Origin: Bythopirellula sp.
GTDB lineage: Bacteria; Planctomycetota; Planctomycetia; Pirellulales; Lacipirellulaceae
Assembly (NCBI GenBank): GCA_965216565.1
Contig: OZ244170.1
Coordinates: 3,744,001 to 3,808,000, forward strand
DNA: 64,000 nt
Reading direction: 5' to 3'
In this document: positions 39,901 to 55,100 of the stretch, piece by piece
Layout of the letters: every line of letters starts with the position of its first letter
How positions within the stretch are numbered: the stretch's first letter is position 1
Program-made: the position numbers and the translations under genes
The notes under the pieces: generated by a model
The model's database searches: none
Seen by the model: the letters and a program-made list of their open reading frames with translations, nothing else
What the model was told of the DNA's origin: nothing

Positions 39901-41616
39901 CGTATCGATGCGCTTGCCGAAACCATCTTCGGCACCCATCTCCTCACGCAGACAACGGTTCTCTGGCAACCGCACTTGGATGCGGGCATGTGTAGCCACC
40001 TTGCCGGCGGCGTAGGCTGTCTCAACTTCCTCGAGCGAACTGAAAACCATTCCGTCGCCCAAGCAATCTGGCACTGTTGTGGTGAGATAGAAACTACCCA
40101 TCACCACGTCTTGAGACGGACTAATAATAGGAGCACCGTTTGACGGGCTGAAGATGTTATGCGTACTCATCATCAGCGTATGAGCTTCCACCTGAGCTTC
40201 GATCGATAGCGGCAGATGCACCGCCATTTGATCGCCGTCGAAGTCGGCATTGAAACCCTTACAAACGAGCGGATGCAAGTTGATCGCGTTGCCTTCCACC
40301 AGCGTCGGCTCGAATGCCTGGATACCCATCCGGTGAAGCGTGGGGGCACGATTCAAGAGCACAGGATGATTCGTGATCACTTCCTCAAGAATATCCCACA
40401 CTTCCTCGTCTTTGCGCTCGAGCATTTTCTTGGCGCTTTTGATCGTGTCGGCATGACCCAGTTCTTTCAGTCGTCGAATAATAAACGGCTGATACAACTC
40501 GAGGGCAATCTTCTTGGGCAATCCACATTGATGCAACTTCAACCGAGGACCGACGACGATAACACTTCGTGCGGAATAGTCGACTCGCTTACCAAGCAAG
40601 TTTTCACGGAAGCGGCCCTGCTTACCCTTAATCATATCCGTGAGCGACTTCAGCGGACGGTTGCTGCTACCCAGCACAGGACGCTTGCAGCGGTTGTTGT
40701 CGAACAGGGCGTCGACCGATTGCTGAAGCATTCGCTTTTCGTTGCGAATAATCACTTCCGGGGCATTCAGGTCGACCAGCTTCTTCAGCCGATTATTGCG
40801 ATTGATAATCCGGCGATAGAGATCATTGAGATCACTCGTAGCAAAGTTGCCACTGTCCAAGAGTACCAGCGGACGCAGATCGGGCGGAATCACTGGGATC
40901 ACATCCAGCACCATCCACTCAGGCTTGTTGTCTGAGTCGCGGATCGACTCCACTGTCTTGAGTCGACCAATCAGATCCTTAGCCTTCTGCTTCGAGCCGG
41001 TCTCTTTCAATTCGACGCGCAAATCCTCGGAAAGCTGTACGAGGTCGAGACTCGAAAGTAGCTTGCGAATGGCATCGGCACCCATGTCGGCTTCGAAACC
41101 TTCGCCATACTGTTCACGTGCCTGGCGATACTCTTCTTCCGTAAGCAGTTGCTGCGGTTTCAGGGCGGTCTCGCCCGGGTCGACCACGACGTAATCCTGG
41201 AAGTAAATTACCTTTTCCAAGCTCGTAGTTTTCATGGCGAGCAAACTGCCCAACCGACTCGGCATCGCCTTGAAGAACCAAATATGCACGATCGGTGCCG
41301 CCAACTCGATGTGGCCCATGCGCTTGCGGCGCACCCGACTGTGCGTCACCTTCACACCGCAACGATCACAAATCATGCCCTTATATTTCATGCCGCGATA
41401 CTTGCCGCAGGCACATTCCCAGTCCTTCTCGGGACCAAAAATACGCTCGCAGAACAAGCCGTCCTTTTCAGGACGATAAGTACGATAGTTAATCGTCTCG
41501 GGCTTTTTCACTTCGCCAAACGACCAGCTACGAATATCGTGCGGTCGGGCCAGGCTAATCTTCACCGAGCCGTAATCGTTAACGCGATCGTAATTCGAGC
41601 CTTCAAGAATACTCAT
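36916..41616 (-). CDS. rpoC: RNA polymerase beta' subunit with long acidic/Pro-rich tail
   Basis: [12 protein letters not shown] active site, N-terminal Zn finger, [13 protein letters not shown]. Confidence 0.99.
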   Translation of the reverse strand: MSILEGSNYDRVNDYGSVKISLARPHDIRSWSFGEVKKPETINYRTYRPEKDGLFCERIFGPEKDWECACGKYRGMKYKGMICDRCGVKVTHSRVRRKRMGHIELAAPIVHIWFFKAMPSRLGSLLAMKTTSLEKVIYFQDYVVVDPGETALKPQQLLTEEEYRQAREQYGEGFEADMGADAIRKLLSSLDLVQLSEDLRVELKETGSKQKAKDLIGRLKTVESIRDSDNKPEWMVLDVIPVIPPDLRPLVLLDSGNFATSDLNDLYRRIINRNNRLKKLVDLNAPEVIIRNEKRMLQQSVDALFDNNRCKRPVLGSSNRPLKSLTDMIKGKQGRFRENLLGKRVDYSARSVIVVGPRLKLHQCGLPKKIALELYQPFIIRRLKELGHADTIKSAKKMLERKDEEVWDILEEVITNHPVLLNRAPTLHRMGIQAFEPTLVEGNAINLHPLVCKGFNADFDGDQMAVHLPLSIEAQVEAHTLMMSTHNIFSPSNGAPIISPSQDVVMGSFYLTTTVPDCLGDGMVFSSLEEVETAYAAGKVATHARIQVRLPENRCLREEMGAEDGFGKRIDTTVGRVIFNMILPKGMPYYNVSLRSSELAKVISDCYEFVGRRATIELLDDMNQLGFRQSTLSGLSFGTDDLITPDTKGKIIGEAEKSVLKFNKLFQRGVITEVERYNQVLDAWTHAREQITAEMMVGLENDYRSDGYVNPIFLMAHSGARGGVEQMRQLGGMRGLMAKPSGKIIETPIKANFREGLTVLEYFSSTHGARKGLADTALKTADSGYLTRKLADVAQNVVVTQDDCGTTQGITKGIIYRGEKVEVSLADSIKGRVSRANIVNPITDEVIVAENELITSEVARKIEELGLEKIQVRSPMTCDAALGVCRCCYGMDLSTGSMVEEGMAVGIIAAQSIGEPGTQLTMRTFHIGGVGQRDVEDSDIKAKKGGVAKYARLKFVTNDQGQLVVLARNGEIALVDDRGREVEKYEVPAGAVLTAAENSEVKPGDVLCEWDPHSIPILAETGGKIRFEDLIEGETIRGELDPSGKTRFVVMEHKGDLHPQIVVEDPSDGKILDFYYMPERAHLEVAEGELISPGKLVAKTPREASGTQDITGGLPRVTEIFEARKPKDPAVIAEIDGIVELKSEKKRGKRSIVVRSETGIEREHLVTHSKHLRVHAGDQIRAGEALVDGPLVPHDILRISGEEAVQQYLTREIQNVYRSQRVEINDKHIEIIVSQMLRKVRVESPGDTDLLPGSVIDKFDFRQANEAISKCLRITSKSDSEFAEGAIVPKDVLEQANAQIEALGGEIAKGAKSKMATASTQLLGITKASVQSSSFISAASFQETTKVLTEAALAGRTDYLVGLKENVILGHLIPAGTGFHSIQDAEVRINPAALEALAAEKEKVLERSFPLLDSALQSGGQAVTNGDSGTGPSDPFAQSEVPAGGLDALLGSEEAAAPPAPPEAPPSIPEAPVPGADPFSGGVEPPQAEIPQAGDQHPMPSDEPLVSGEGPMSTESPQADGSIPPSDGYSQGGQAPSDPMPPADGQTPGDASSGDVSPGDTEERGF

Positions 41617-41695
41617 ACGATTCCTCTTTGGAATATTGCAAATTGGTCAATGACCATCAAATGACTTCAAGCTGGCAAACTTTCGACTTACAACT

Positions 41696-45409
<3,714 letters not shown>

Positions 45410-45615
45410 AGGGCGAGGTGCTCCGTTCTCACAAGGTGGGAATGAGACGAACGTCAGGAAACGGACCGGGGCGCAATCGCACCCTGGGCCGTAATTTGCC
45501 TGACGGAATGATCGTTAATTAAGCGGATTCCGGCATCGTCCCCAGGACGATGGGAAGCTCTCCAGAGCTGTAGCCTTCGCTGACGCATCGGCACCGATAA
45601 TCCGTTAGAAATCGC

Positions 45616-45652
45616 AAACCACAACCGCCACCTACGGGAAGGGGCGGTTGCG
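45616..45652 (-). terminator. Hairpin after rplL (terminator/attenuator before rpoB)
   Basis: CGCAACCGCCCC-loop-GGTGGCGGTTGTG followed by a short GTTT. Confidence 0.5.
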
Positions 45653-45665
45653 ACGTAGGAATCAA

Positions 45666-46076
45666 CTATTTGACAGAAACTTCTGCGCCAGCTTCTTCGA
45701 GCTCGCCCTTCAGCTTCTCTGCATCTTCCTTGGAAATGCCTTCCTTGACCTTGCCGGGAGCGCCTTCCACAAGTTCCTTGGCTTCTTTCAAGCCCAGGCC
45801 TGTGGCACTACGCACAACCTTAATCACGGCAATTTTGTTACCGCCAAAGGAATCGAGAACCACATCGAATTCGGTTTGCTCGGCGGCTTCGCCACCGCCA
45901 CCGTCTCCACCACCTGCAGGCGCAACCATTGCGACCCCACCGGCTGCGGCTTCGATGCCGTGCTCCTCTTTCAGATAATCGCTCAGCTCTTTGGCTTCTT
46001 TCAGCGTCAGGCCTACGATCTTGTCGCCTAGCTCTTTGGCATCGGCGGAAAATTCTGCTACTGCTGCTTCACTCAT
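45666..46076 (-). CDS. rplL: 50S ribosomal protein L7/L12
   Basis: [27 protein letters not shown]. Confidence 0.98.
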   Translation of the reverse strand: MSEAAVAEFSADAKELGDKIVGLTLKEAKELSDYLKEEHGIEAAAGGVAMVAPAGGGDGGGGEAAEQTEFDVVLDSFGGNKIAVIKVVRSATGLGLKEAKELVEGAPGKVKEGISKEDAEKLKGELEEAGAEVSVK

Positions 46077-46138
46077 GACTAAAACTTTCCTTTCTCGCGC
46101 TACTTAGTTGGGATGCTCGCAATCCCATGTGTGTGGGT

Positions 46139-46219
46139 GTGAGTAGGTGAGTAAGTTAGTAGGTTTCCAAGCTGAGGCGGTTCCTCAATCAAAGCCTACT
46201 CACCTACTCACTTACTCAC
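46139..46219. repeat. Inverted octamer (GTGAGTAG/A) array hairpin, same family as 19551-19614
   Basis: gtgagtaggtgagtaagttagtagg ... cctactcacctactcacttactcac. Confidence 0.85.
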
Positions 46220-46274
46220 GAAAAATTTCTCTATTCGAAAACGACTTCCCTCACGGAAACCCGCTTTTTTCTAA

Positions 46275-46796
46275 TTACTCTTCTCCTTCAGCTTTCGTCT
46301 CGATTTGGCTAGCCAACTTGCCTCCTGGGCCCTTCAACTGGGCAGCCAACGTGGCTCCCGGACCTAGGATTTGACCAACCAATAGACTGAGCTGCTCGGT
46401 ACGGCTCGGCCATTTGCTGACGGCTTTGACGTCGTCGGCCGACAACGTGGATCCATCCATCACGCCGCCCTTGGCGGCAAACGGCTCGTACTTGGCTTCC
46501 GCAGCCATGCGGGTGACTTCTTTGGCCAGGGAAACAACGTCTTCGCCGCCCCAAACCACGGCCACAGTTCCCGAGACCCCTTCGAAGGCGGGAGCCAACG
46601 AAGTGCCTTCAGTTGCTCGGCGTGCCAAGCTATTTTTGACCACCAACAGTTCGATGCCTTTGTCTCGCAGTTCCTTGCGAAGCTCGACGTTGGAATTTGC
46701 TTCCATGCCAATCACATCTACGAGCAGAGCATCATCGACGCCGTCGAAACGACTCTTAAGCTCGTCGGTAATCAGTTGTTTCAGGTATTTGCTCAT
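46275..46796 (-). CDS. rplJ: 50S ribosomal protein L10
   Basis: LRKELR..VVKNSLARRA, KGGVMDG; position between rplA and rplL. Confidence 0.95.
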   Translation of the reverse strand: MSKYLKQLITDELKSRFDGVDDALLVDVIGMEANSNVELRKELRDKGIELLVVKNSLARRATEGTSLAPAFEGVSGTVAVVWGGEDVVSLAKEVTRMAAEAKYEPFAAKGGVMDGSTLSADDVKAVSKWPSRTEQLSLLVGQILGPGATLAAQLKGPGGKLASQIETKAEGEE

Positions 46797-46833
46797 AACT
46801 ATTGCAGGTGATTGAAGATTGCAGACTGGGAAG

Positions 46834-47511
46834 TTACAGCGCCAGCTTTACGCTCGGGCTCATCGTGGCGCTGATGTAGGCCGATCGCAGGTAAACGCCT
46901 TTGATGGAGGATGGCTTGAGGTTCATGATCGTATCGATAAACGCCTGAATGTTTTCGACTAGCTTCTGCGAATCGAAACTCAGCTTGCCGACAATCGCCT
47001 GGACGTTGCCGCCCTTTTCGTTACGAAATTCGACCTTACCCGCTTTGTATTCACCGATGGTCTTGGCGACTTCAGGCGTTACCGTGCCGGCACGGGGCGA
47101 GGGCATCAAGCCACGGGGGCCCAACACTTTACCCAACGGACCAACTACTTTCATCATGTCTGGCGTTGCAATGCAGACGTCGAAGTCGGTCCAGCCGCCT
47201 TGGATCTTCTTGGCCAGGTCTTCGTCGCCCACCTCGTCGGCACCCGCTTCGCGAGCCGCGTCCGCAGCCGGACCTTTGGCAAACACAACCACGCGTTGCT
47301 CTTTGCCAATCCCGTGCGGCAACACAATCGAGCCACGCACGATCTGATCGGCTTGGGCGGCATCGACACCCAACCGCATCACGATTTCAACGGACTGATC
47401 AAATTTCGTGGCGTCGAAGGACTTAAGCGCATCGACTGCCTCGGACAGGGGCAGCGCCTCTTGAGGCTGCTTTTCCAGCGACTTCTTGATTCGTTTGGCT
47501 ACTTTTGGCAT
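46834..47511 (-). CDS. rplA: 50S ribosomal protein L1
   Basis: [29 protein letters not shown]. Confidence 0.98.
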   Translation of the reverse strand: MPKVAKRIKKSLEKQPQEALPLSEAVDALKSFDATKFDQSVEIVMRLGVDAAQADQIVRGSIVLPHGIGKEQRVVVFAKGPAADAAREAGADEVGDEDLAKKIQGGWTDFDVCIATPDMMKVVGPLGKVLGPRGLMPSPRAGTVTPEVAKTIGEYKAGKVEFRNEKGGNVQAIVGKLSFDSQKLVENIQAFIDTIMNLKPSSIKGVYLRSAYISATMSPSVKLAL

Positions 47512-47568
47512 TTCTTATTCGCTTATGTTCGGGGGCGCTCCGCTTCGCCGAAGCGAAGCTCGCCGGGC

Positions 47569-47994
47569 TTAACCTTCGACTTCGATTCCCATGCTCCGGG
47601 CAGTGCCGGCGATCATTTGCACCGCGCTGTCCATGTCGCTGGCATTCAGGTCATTCATCTTCATGGTGGCAATCTCTTCGAGTTGCGATCGCGTGACCTT
47701 GGCCACCTTGTCTTTGTTCGGAACTCCCGAGCCCTTGGCAATGTTGGCCGACTTCTTCAACAGCACGGCAGCCGGCGGGCTTTTGGTGACGAAATCAAAC
47801 GAGCGATCGTTGTACACATTCACGATCACCGGAATCATCATCCCGTTGGCTTCTTTGGTCTTGTCATTAAAAGCCTGCACAAATTGCCCCAGGTTCACGC
47901 CGAACTTACCCAGCGCCGTACCTACCGGAGGAGCAGGTGTTGCCTGACCACCAGGAATTTGAAATTTGGCAGAGCCTACCAATTGTTTTGCCAT
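47569..47994 (-). CDS. rplK: 50S ribosomal protein L11
   Basis: [21 protein letters not shown]. Confidence 0.98.
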   Translation of the reverse strand: MAKQLVGSAKFQIPGGQATPAPPVGTALGKFGVNLGQFVQAFNDKTKEANGMMIPVIVNVYNDRSFDFVTKSPPAAVLLKKSANIAKGSGVPNKDKVAKVTRSQLEEIATMKMNDLNASDMDSAVQMIAGTARSMGIEVEG

Positions 47995-48060
47995 GACTGT
48001 CTCGTTTTCTTAATCTCTAATCCCTCTCCCCCAAGAATGGAGGGGGACTTGGAATGGACG

Positions 48061-48897
48061 CTATGTTTGTTCTACCTGCCAATATTCGAGTTCCACGGGG
48101 GTACTGCGACCGAAGATATTGATCATCACCGTGATGCGACCACTCTGCTCGTCGATTGCGTTGACCTCGCCCTCGAAACTTTCGAAATTGCCTTCCTTCA
48201 CCTTGACCTGGTCACCCAACTTGAACGCGATGTTCAGCTTAGGTGCTTCATCTGTCTCTTCTTCCTCTGTCTGAACGATGCGGGCTACTTCCTGCGGCAA
48301 CATTGGCGTAGGCTTGCCAGCCGAACCGGTGAAGTCGCCTATACCCGAGGTTTCGCGAACCGCAAACCAGGTGTCGTCGTTGATGTGCATATGCACCACG
48401 ATGTAACCCGGATAGAGCTTACGCTCGACCACTTTTTTCTTGCCTGCCTTAAACTCTGTGACCTTTTCGGTCGGCACCATCACGTCGTCGAAGAACTTGT
48501 CCAAGCCTTCGATTGCAATCTTCCGCCGCAGTGCGTCGGCGACTGATCGCTCGCGGTTGCTCTGCACCTTGAGGATGTACCAATCCATCACGATCGGTTC
48601 ATCCGAAGGCTTTTTCTGGTCTTCGGGGTCGACTTCCTTCGTCATCCGAGCAAAGGTTGTCGGTCGGGCAAGGATCTCGACATCGTCGTCGAGCGCCTCT
48701 TCCGCTTCTCCGGAGGAAGCCTCATCCGCTGCATCGTCACCCGCAGACCCAGCGTCCGCAGATTCGTCGCTAGCAGTTTCAGCCACTGGCTCCGACGCCG
48801 TGCTTTGCTCAGCTTCAGGTGGCGCAGAATCAGCAACAGCCGCATCTTCGCTGGCGGCTTCTGCTTCGTCTGCCAATTTGCTTGTGTCGTCAGTCAC
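48061..48897 (-). CDS. nusG: Transcription factor NusG with acidic N-terminal extension
   Basis: WYILKVQSNRE, KLYPGY, KOW domain ending IFGRSTPVEL. Confidence 0.96.
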   Translation of the reverse strand: MTDDTSKLADEAEAASEDAAVADSAPPEAEQSTASEPVAETASDESADAGSAGDDAADEASSGEAEEALDDDVEILARPTTFARMTKEVDPEDQKKPSDEPIVMDWYILKVQSNRERSVADALRRKIAIEGLDKFFDDVMVPTEKVTEFKAGKKKVVERKLYPGYIVVHMHINDDTWFAVRETSGIGDFTGSAGKPTPMLPQEVARIVQTEEEETDEAPKLNIAFKLGDQVKVKEGNFESFEGEVNAIDEQSGRITVMINIFGRSTPVELEYWQVEQT

Positions 48898-48955
48898 AAA
48901 ACACCCGTTTCGTTCGCTAGTTTCGCTGCGTTACCTTGTGGGCAACTGACCAACG

Positions 48956-49348
48956 CTAGATGAACAACCCTATGAATCCCTTCAGGACGATGTCGTAAAC
49001 AAACAACAATCCGGCCAGGAAAAAAATCACCACGATCACCACCACCGATGCCCGCCAAAGTTCCGACCGACTGGGCCAGGAGACCTTGTTCATTTCCGCT
49101 TCGACAGAAATCAAAAAGTCTGCAAACTTCGAGTAGTTGATAATCCGATGGCTAATCCACCATCCGATTCCCAAGACCACTAGGGGGATCACGTATTGTT
49201 CAATTTCGGTATCGCCACGAGCACTGAGCAACCAGGCACCCGCAGCAACAATCGCCACCATGGCATACAAGGTGACGTTACGGGCAACCTTGCCCTGACT
49301 TCGCTTGTATCGCGAAGTGCTAAACATTCCTGCAATTAACTCAGCCAC
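48956..49348 (-). CDS. secE: Preprotein translocase SecE (3-TM type)
   Basis: FLISVEAEMNKVSWPSR.EL. Confidence 0.93.
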   Translation of the reverse strand: MAELIAGMFSTSRYKRSQGKVARNVTLYAMVAIVAAGAWLLSARGDTEIEQYVIPLVVLGIGWWISHRIINYSKFADFLISVEAEMNKVSWPSRSELWRASVVVIVVIFFLAGLLFVYDIVLKGFIGLFI

Positions 49349-49434
49349 GATGTTTTCCGCTACCGGTTAGGAAACGGCTCACTACTGGAGATTTAAGGCC
49401 CTAGTCTCTCGACCCTTAGCTCTCAACCTTTATA

Positions 49435-49510
49435 TGGCAGGGGCGGTGGGACTCGAACTCACAACCCCTGGTTTTGGAAACCAGTGCTCTGCCAATTGAG
49501 CTACGCCCCT
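49435..49510 (-). tRNA. tRNA-Trp(CCA), CCA end encoded
   Basis: AGGGGCG..TAGCTCAATTGGCAGAGC..CTGGT-TTCCAAA-ACCAG..GTTCGAG..CGCCCCTGCCA. Confidence 0.96.
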
Positions 49511-49516
49511 GTGGGA

Positions 49517-49602
49517 GAAAGCAGAATTCCGAAAGCGGAAAGCGGAATTGCCAGTGCCGGCTATCCAACTTTTCCGCTTTCCGCTCTCCACTTTCCGCTT
49601 TC
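49517..49602. repeat. Inverted GCGGAAA/TTTCCGC heptamer array
   Basis: gaaagcagaattccgaaagcggaaagcggaa ... tttccgctttccgctctccactttccgctttc. Confidence 0.85.
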
Positions 49603-49606
49603 AAGT

Positions 49607-50806
49607 TTACTCAACAATCTTGGTGACAACGCCCGAACCAACGGTCTTACCACCTTCTCGAATTGCGAAACGAACACCGTCGTCCATAGCAATTGGCTTC
49701 ATCAGCTCGACGCTTAGCTTGGTGTTATCACCAGGCATGCACATCTCGGCATCGCCAATCAGATTGGCAGTACCGGTGACGTCGGTCGTACGGAAGTAAA
49801 ACTGGGGACGATAACCGCTGAAGAACGGGGTGTGTCGGCCACCTTCCTCTTTACTGAGGACGTAGACTTCTGCCTCGAACTTCGTATGCGGGGTGATGCT
49901 GCCCGGCTTGGCCAGCACTTGACCACGCTGGATATCTTCACGCTTCACACCACGAAGCAAACAACCAACGTTCTGACCAGCAAAACCTTCGTCCATGGTC
50001 TTGTTGAAGGCCTCGACGCCCGTGCATGTCGTCTTGGTGGGTGCTTCGGTCAAACCGATGATTTCGACTTCCTCACCAGTCTTGACCGTACCTCGCTCGA
50101 TACGACCCGTGGCTACCGTACCACGACCTTCGATCGAGAAGACGTCTTCGATAGCCATCAGGAATGGCTTGTCGTTTTCGCGAACAGGCTCGGGAATGTA
50201 GGAATCGATGGCATCCATCAACTCGCCGATCGGCTTGGCAGCCGCTTCGTCTTCTGGATTTTCGATCGCAGCCTTCGAATTACCACGCACCAGAGGCACC
50301 TCGTCGCCGGGGAAGCCATAGGTGGTAAGCAGTTCGCGAATCTCGAGCTCGACCAATTCGAGCAGTTCTTCGTCGTCGACCAGGTCGCACTTGTTCAGGT
50401 AAACCACAATCTTAGGCACACCCACCTGACGAGCGAGCAAAATGTGCTCTCGCGTCTGAGGCATCGGGCCATCGGCCGCGGAAACCACCAAAATGGCCCC
50501 GTCCATCTGGGCGGCACCGGTGATCATGTTCTTAATAAAGTCAGCATGGCCCGGGCAATCGATGTGGGCGTAGTGACGCGTATCGGTCTCATACTCCACA
50601 TGCGCAACCGCAATGGTCACAGTTTTGGTTTCGTCACGTACCGTACCGCCCTTGGCGATATCCGCGTAACTCTTGAACTTAGCCAGACCCTTGGTGGCCT
50701 GCACTGCAAGAATCGCGCCGGTGGTGGTTGTTTTGCCGTGGTCAATGTGCCCAATGGTTCCCACGTTGACGTGAGGTTTGGTGCATTCAAAGGTATCCTT
50801 GGCCAT
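49607..50806 (-). CDS. tuf: Elongation factor Tu (atypical switch I)
   Basis: [41 protein letters not shown]. Confidence 0.98.
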   Translation of the reverse strand: MAKDTFECTKPHVNVGTIGHIDHGKTTTTGAILAVQATKGLAKFKSYADIAKGGTVRDETKTVTIAVAHVEYETDTRHYAHIDCPGHADFIKNMITGAAQMDGAILVVSAADGPMPQTREHILLARQVGVPKIVVYLNKCDLVDDEELLELVELEIRELLTTYGFPGDEVPLVRGNSKAAIENPEDEAAAKPIGELMDAIDSYIPEPVRENDKPFLMAIEDVFSIEGRGTVATGRIERGTVKTGEEVEIIGLTEAPTKTTCTGVEAFNKTMDEGFAGQNVGCLLRGVKREDIQRGQVLAKPGSITPHTKFEAEVYVLSKEEGGRHTPFFSGYRPQFYFRTTDVTGTANLIGDAEMCMPGDNTKLSVELMKPIAMDDGVRFAIREGGKTVGSGVVTKIVE

Positions 50807-50927
50807 TTTTCTCCCTAACTACTTTCGGTAAAATGTGTTTCACAGACAAAAAAATGGAGTTGTCTTCAAAACTCGCAGACAATAACTGGTGTCACTATAA
50901 AATTGGTTTGTCAGGCGTAATCTCAAA

Positions 50928-51000
<73 letters not shown>

Positions 51001-51004
51001 AAGC

Positions 51005-51090
51005 CAAGAGCTGAGAGTCAAGAGTCGAGAGTTTCATACTACCATCACCTTCTCCGGCTCTTAGCTCTCTGCTCTGGACTCTCAACTCTT
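51005..51090. repeat. Inverted AGAG/CTCT heptamer array between tRNAs
   Basis: caagagctgagagtcaagagtcgagag ... ctcttagctctctgctctggactctcaactctt. Confidence 0.8.
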
Positions 51091-51094
51091 ACAA

Positions 51095-51165
51095 AGCGGG
51101 TGAAGGGAATCGAACCCTCGTCATCAGCTTGGAAGGCTGTTGCTCTACCATTGAGCTACACCCGC
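51095..51165 (-). tRNA. tRNA-Gly(TCC)
   Basis: GCGGGTG acceptor stem, CAGC-CTTCCAA-GCTG anticodon arm, GTTCGATT. Confidence 0.95.
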
Positions 51166-51169
51166 GGGG

Positions 51170-51315
51170 GATGGTTGATGTGAGATGTATGATTGATGAT
51201 GTCAGAACTCGCACCCCCGACGTTGTCAATCACCTCACACCCAACAAGCTCACTTCAAGGTCCTACTACTTCACACCGATCTACAATTTCACAACTCACA
51301 TCAAACATTCTTCAT
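51170..51315. repeat. Degenerate inverted GATGT/ACATC array between tRNAs
   Basis: gatggttgatgtgagatgtatgattgatgatgtcaga ... tctacaatttcacaactcacatcaaacattcttca. Confidence 0.55.
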
Positions 51316-51397
51316 TGGGGGGTGCAGGATTCGAACCTGCGAAGGCAGAGCCATCAGATTTACAGTCTGACCCGTTTGACCGCTTCGGTAACCCCCC
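51316..51397 (-). tRNA. tRNA-Tyr(GTA)
   Basis: GGGGGGT acceptor stem, TCAGA-CTGTAAA-TCTGA anticodon arm, long variable arm. Confidence 0.95.
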
Positions 51398-51737
51398 GGG
51401 CCCTGCCGTTTCGCCGACGCTTTACTTCTTAGTCAAAGTGCCTACTGGCTGCGTTTGCTAAGGCCCAGCGTGAGAGATGTCCTACCTCAAAGAGCAATCC
51501 ATTTGCACTTAGCAATTCTTGTAACTGCGTTCCTCGAAACCGTCTTTCTTGAAACCGCGTCTCTTAAAACGATGTCCATGGGTTTAGCAGTTACTCGGAA
51601 ACACCCAGTCGCCACTCAGTATCAAATTTCTCAGTATCAGATTTCATCGAGGCCACTCGCAAGCGGCCTACACATCTCCTTTACTAATTTGCACTTCGAT
51701 CCACCCTACGCTGCTACTCGATTTCGACTCAATGACG

Positions 51738-51810
51738 AGCTAGCGGAGGGACTTGAACCCACAACCTGCTGATTACAAATCAGCTGCTCTGCCAATTGAG
51801 CTACGCTAGC
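51738..51810 (-). tRNA. tRNA-Thr(TGT)
   Basis: GCTAGCG acceptor stem, GCTGA-TTTGTAA-TCAGC anticodon arm. Confidence 0.95.
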
Positions 51811-51840
51811 CTGGGTAGGGGAAACTTGTGCGAATCAACT

Positions 51841-51868
51841 AATATACCCAGCGTGGATATAGCCGCAA
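51841..51868 (-). promoter_or_regulatory. Putative promoter of the tRNA-tuf operon
   Basis: TTGCGG-16nt-TATATT about 30 nt upstream of tRNA-Thr. Confidence 0.5.
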
Positions 51869-52172
51869 GGCGGGTCACAGCGAATTTCGGGCCAAAAGTC
51901 GCTTTTCCCAAATCGAGGCCTGCCCAAAACTTAGACACCCCCCGCTATCAGCAAGGTTCCCCTAATTTCACACACATTTCTTAGCCTTCGAGGCTGAAGG
52001 CATTCAGGCTCGAGAGCACACGATGCCCACCGCTTCGAAACATCGAGAGCGGGCAAGACCCCTCGGCGTCCCCCAGCACGACATACATATGACATATATA
52101 TGAAGCAAATATTCACCCTAACGTCACCCTAGCGCAGCGAGCCAAGGCGTCCCCGCCCTTGGCCGCAAACCC

Positions 52173-55100
52173 CTAAGCATTCGGGTCAATGACCGGCGCT
52201 GGCGGCAGCGGGGCCGGTGCTGGCGGGAAAGGCACGTTGGAGTCATCGTGGTTTTGCCACACGGCTGGTTGCTGGATGGCGGGCGGAAGCTCTGGCATTT
52301 CGTCGAGAATCTCGATCACCGGTAACTGGGCCCGCCCGAACTCTCCCGTTTCCAAGAGTTGCTCGACGGTTGTATCCCTGAATTGAGCCTCTGGCTTCCC
52401 ATCAGGAAACTCTGGAGCCCGCTCGATCAAGTTCCGCACATCAGCCAAATCGTCCCGCAGACGATCTGCCCCCAACAGCCGGAGGCTACCTTCCACGCCG
52501 AGAATCACTAGAGTTTCCCTGTCCCGAGAAAATACGACTTCGCTCACCAACTCACCATCAAACACCTGCAATTCGGTTCGATATTGATCGAGCACCGTGT
52601 CCCAAAATTGCAATCTCCCCCCCTCAGCCTGCAGCATCAATAGCTCGGTTCCTGGGAGCATGCCTAGCGGCTCGTTTCTAGCCAGGTTGATTTCTGAAAG
52701 CGTCTCGCCGGAATTGGTGTCAATAACCGACGCTTGCCGGATGAATTTGCTAAAGGCCACCACTCGCCGCCCATCCTCAGAAAACGTGCAGTAACCATCG
52801 ATGTCGAGTGTGGGCAAATCCACGCTTTTTGAGGATTTGGCCTCCAAGTCCCACGTTTCCATCACCGTCGTTAGCCCCGGATCGCTGGCCGTTTTAGACT
52901 CGCTGAAGACAGCCAGTGCACGGCTCGATGGCACAAATTGCAGAGAAATCGGCTCGCCCTCGAGAGGCGGCAATTCCCAGAACAGTTCGCGGCTCTTGAA
53001 ATCGTAGACCTTAACTTGCTTTTCCCTGGTGTTGAGAGTCGCAAAAAATTTCAGATCGTCCGATACCGCAATATCGCTCAGATCCTGACGTTGCTGAGGG
53101 TCTTGGTAGAGCGGGCCCCACAACTCATCGCCGGTGCCCGCTTCCAAGTCGAAAGCAAGCAATCTGTCGTGCGTCGCCATAACCAGTTGTTTGCCATCAG
53201 CAGAAGCGACGATCTCTGTGCCGATGTTGCCAACTGGATGGGAAGTAAACATTCCTGCCAAGGAGTTGGCGACCACTTCATTAATCATATTAATCGCACC
53301 GGCAAATCCTGATCTCTGTGAGATGTTGCGTTGAGGGGGATTAAAGAAATCGTGCGTCGCCTGTGCAGTTCCCTCAGAGAGATCAATTAGCTGTAGCTGA
53401 AAGAACGGGGTCTGTTGCTCTTCGGGAACCTCTGTATTGGCGTTTGGTGCCTGCTCGGCATTGGGATCAAATTCGGGGGGATCGGGGCCGACAGCCAGCA
53501 AAATGAACTGATCGGCCTCCGGTGCCAGCAGCACCCGTCCCGGACGATGGAAGGCAGAAACCGTTTCCGTACGGTCCTGGCAGATGTCGTCCAGGTTCCA
53601 GAATCGCAGGAATTGGTCTAATCCGACCGAAGCCAGCCGTTTCCCATCAGGCGAGAAGTCGACATTCACCACATCGCCCCGATGAGCGGGAATCCTGTGA
53701 ATTCTCGAGGGGTTGTCCAATTCGGCCACCTGAATCAACGGGCGACGATCTAGCAACATGGCCAGCCGAGATTTTTGCTTGTCCAGCGCAGCAAACCGAT
53801 TGCGCTGATAGTCGATGAACATTCCCGAACGAAACCGACCATACTCCGCACCCCGTATTTGGGTGCCCTGCACGAGATCGAGTTCGTAGTAGGATACGTC
53901 TGCGTCAAACAGCGCCGTCTCTATATCTAGTAGTGAGTAGACGTTTTCGAACATTCCCCCCACACTCATGCCAAAAAAGGCTACCTCCTCCTCACTCACT
54001 GCCAGAGGGAGCAAATCCATTTCCGCTTCTTCCGAGCCTAGTGGAAAGAGCTTGGTTTGCTCCGTGTCGCTGTGGTACGTCCAAAGAAATCCTCCCGCTT
54101 CGGTCTCGCAGAAACAGGCAACGATAGCCGGCCCAATCTTGACCGTACCCTGTATCTTTGTCCCTGCGCCGGGGGAAAAGTACTTTGTCGTTTCGTCACC
54201 CGATTGCAAGTCCTGGTCGGTCAATCGGTGCCAGCGGCTTTGCTGCTCCCCATACTCGTCCACCGGCAGCGAGGTGTTGCGCAGGTATTCCGGGTAATTT
54301 TGAGCGTACTCGACTTCGGATGTCAGGTTTTGATTCACAAAACCCGATTCCTTGGCCGTAATCGTCTCACGCCAGGGCTGATCGTACTGCCGCTCGATTC
54401 TTAGCTGGTTCGTGGTTAGGTCCCAGACTTCGACGAACATGGTGCCTAATGCAGTTGGGACTTCCTTTTCATACCCTTCCTGTCGGGAAACCATAGCCAG
54501 GTTCTTGCCATCCATTGAAAAGTGCAACTCGACGACCTCGTCCATGCCGCTCTGCAAGATCGCATTGATCTTTCCCGACTCGGCATCCCGCAGTTCCACC
54601 TCATTAGTTACTCCCCCCAGCGCAAGAAGATCCCCCCGAGGAGAATAGGCCATCACAAAGCTGTTCGGGCGCTCCAGTGGCACGGACCGCTCTTCTCGCA
54701 CCGTTTGGTGGTGCATGGCATGCCACAGAAAATCTCGCAAAGCCGACGGGCAGCGATCTTCGTTTTCCAGCAGCGAACGGGCCATCATTGGGTCGGTGCC
54801 CAGCAGCCGCCCCGCTTCGCTGAGCGTGCTGTTGTAAGCAACCCGCGCCGCACGCGCTTCCTGCTGCTCGGCCAGCGCCCGGGCAGCCACTGCTTCTTCG
54901 GCACTCTGTTTGGCTTGCTCTTCGGAGGCAACCGCGCGATCGCGCTGGGTTCGGGCCTCATCCCGCTCGGCACTCACCGCAAAAAACGCGAAGGCTGAGA
55001 CCGCGGCAACCAACAGCAATCCGGCCGCGGCGGCTCCCGTGAACCCCCGATGCCGACGGGTCCAACGCTGGATGCGTTGCCCAATGGTGTCGGGCCGAGC

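Noticed and set aside
47531..47568. cUUCGg hairpin between rplK and rplA as an L1-binding site
   Set aside because: The hairpin is real but the L1 consensus could not be confirmed by eye.
47200..50818. 448-aa and 328-aa plus-strand ORFs opposite rplA-nusG and tuf
   Set aside because: Same antisense artefact.
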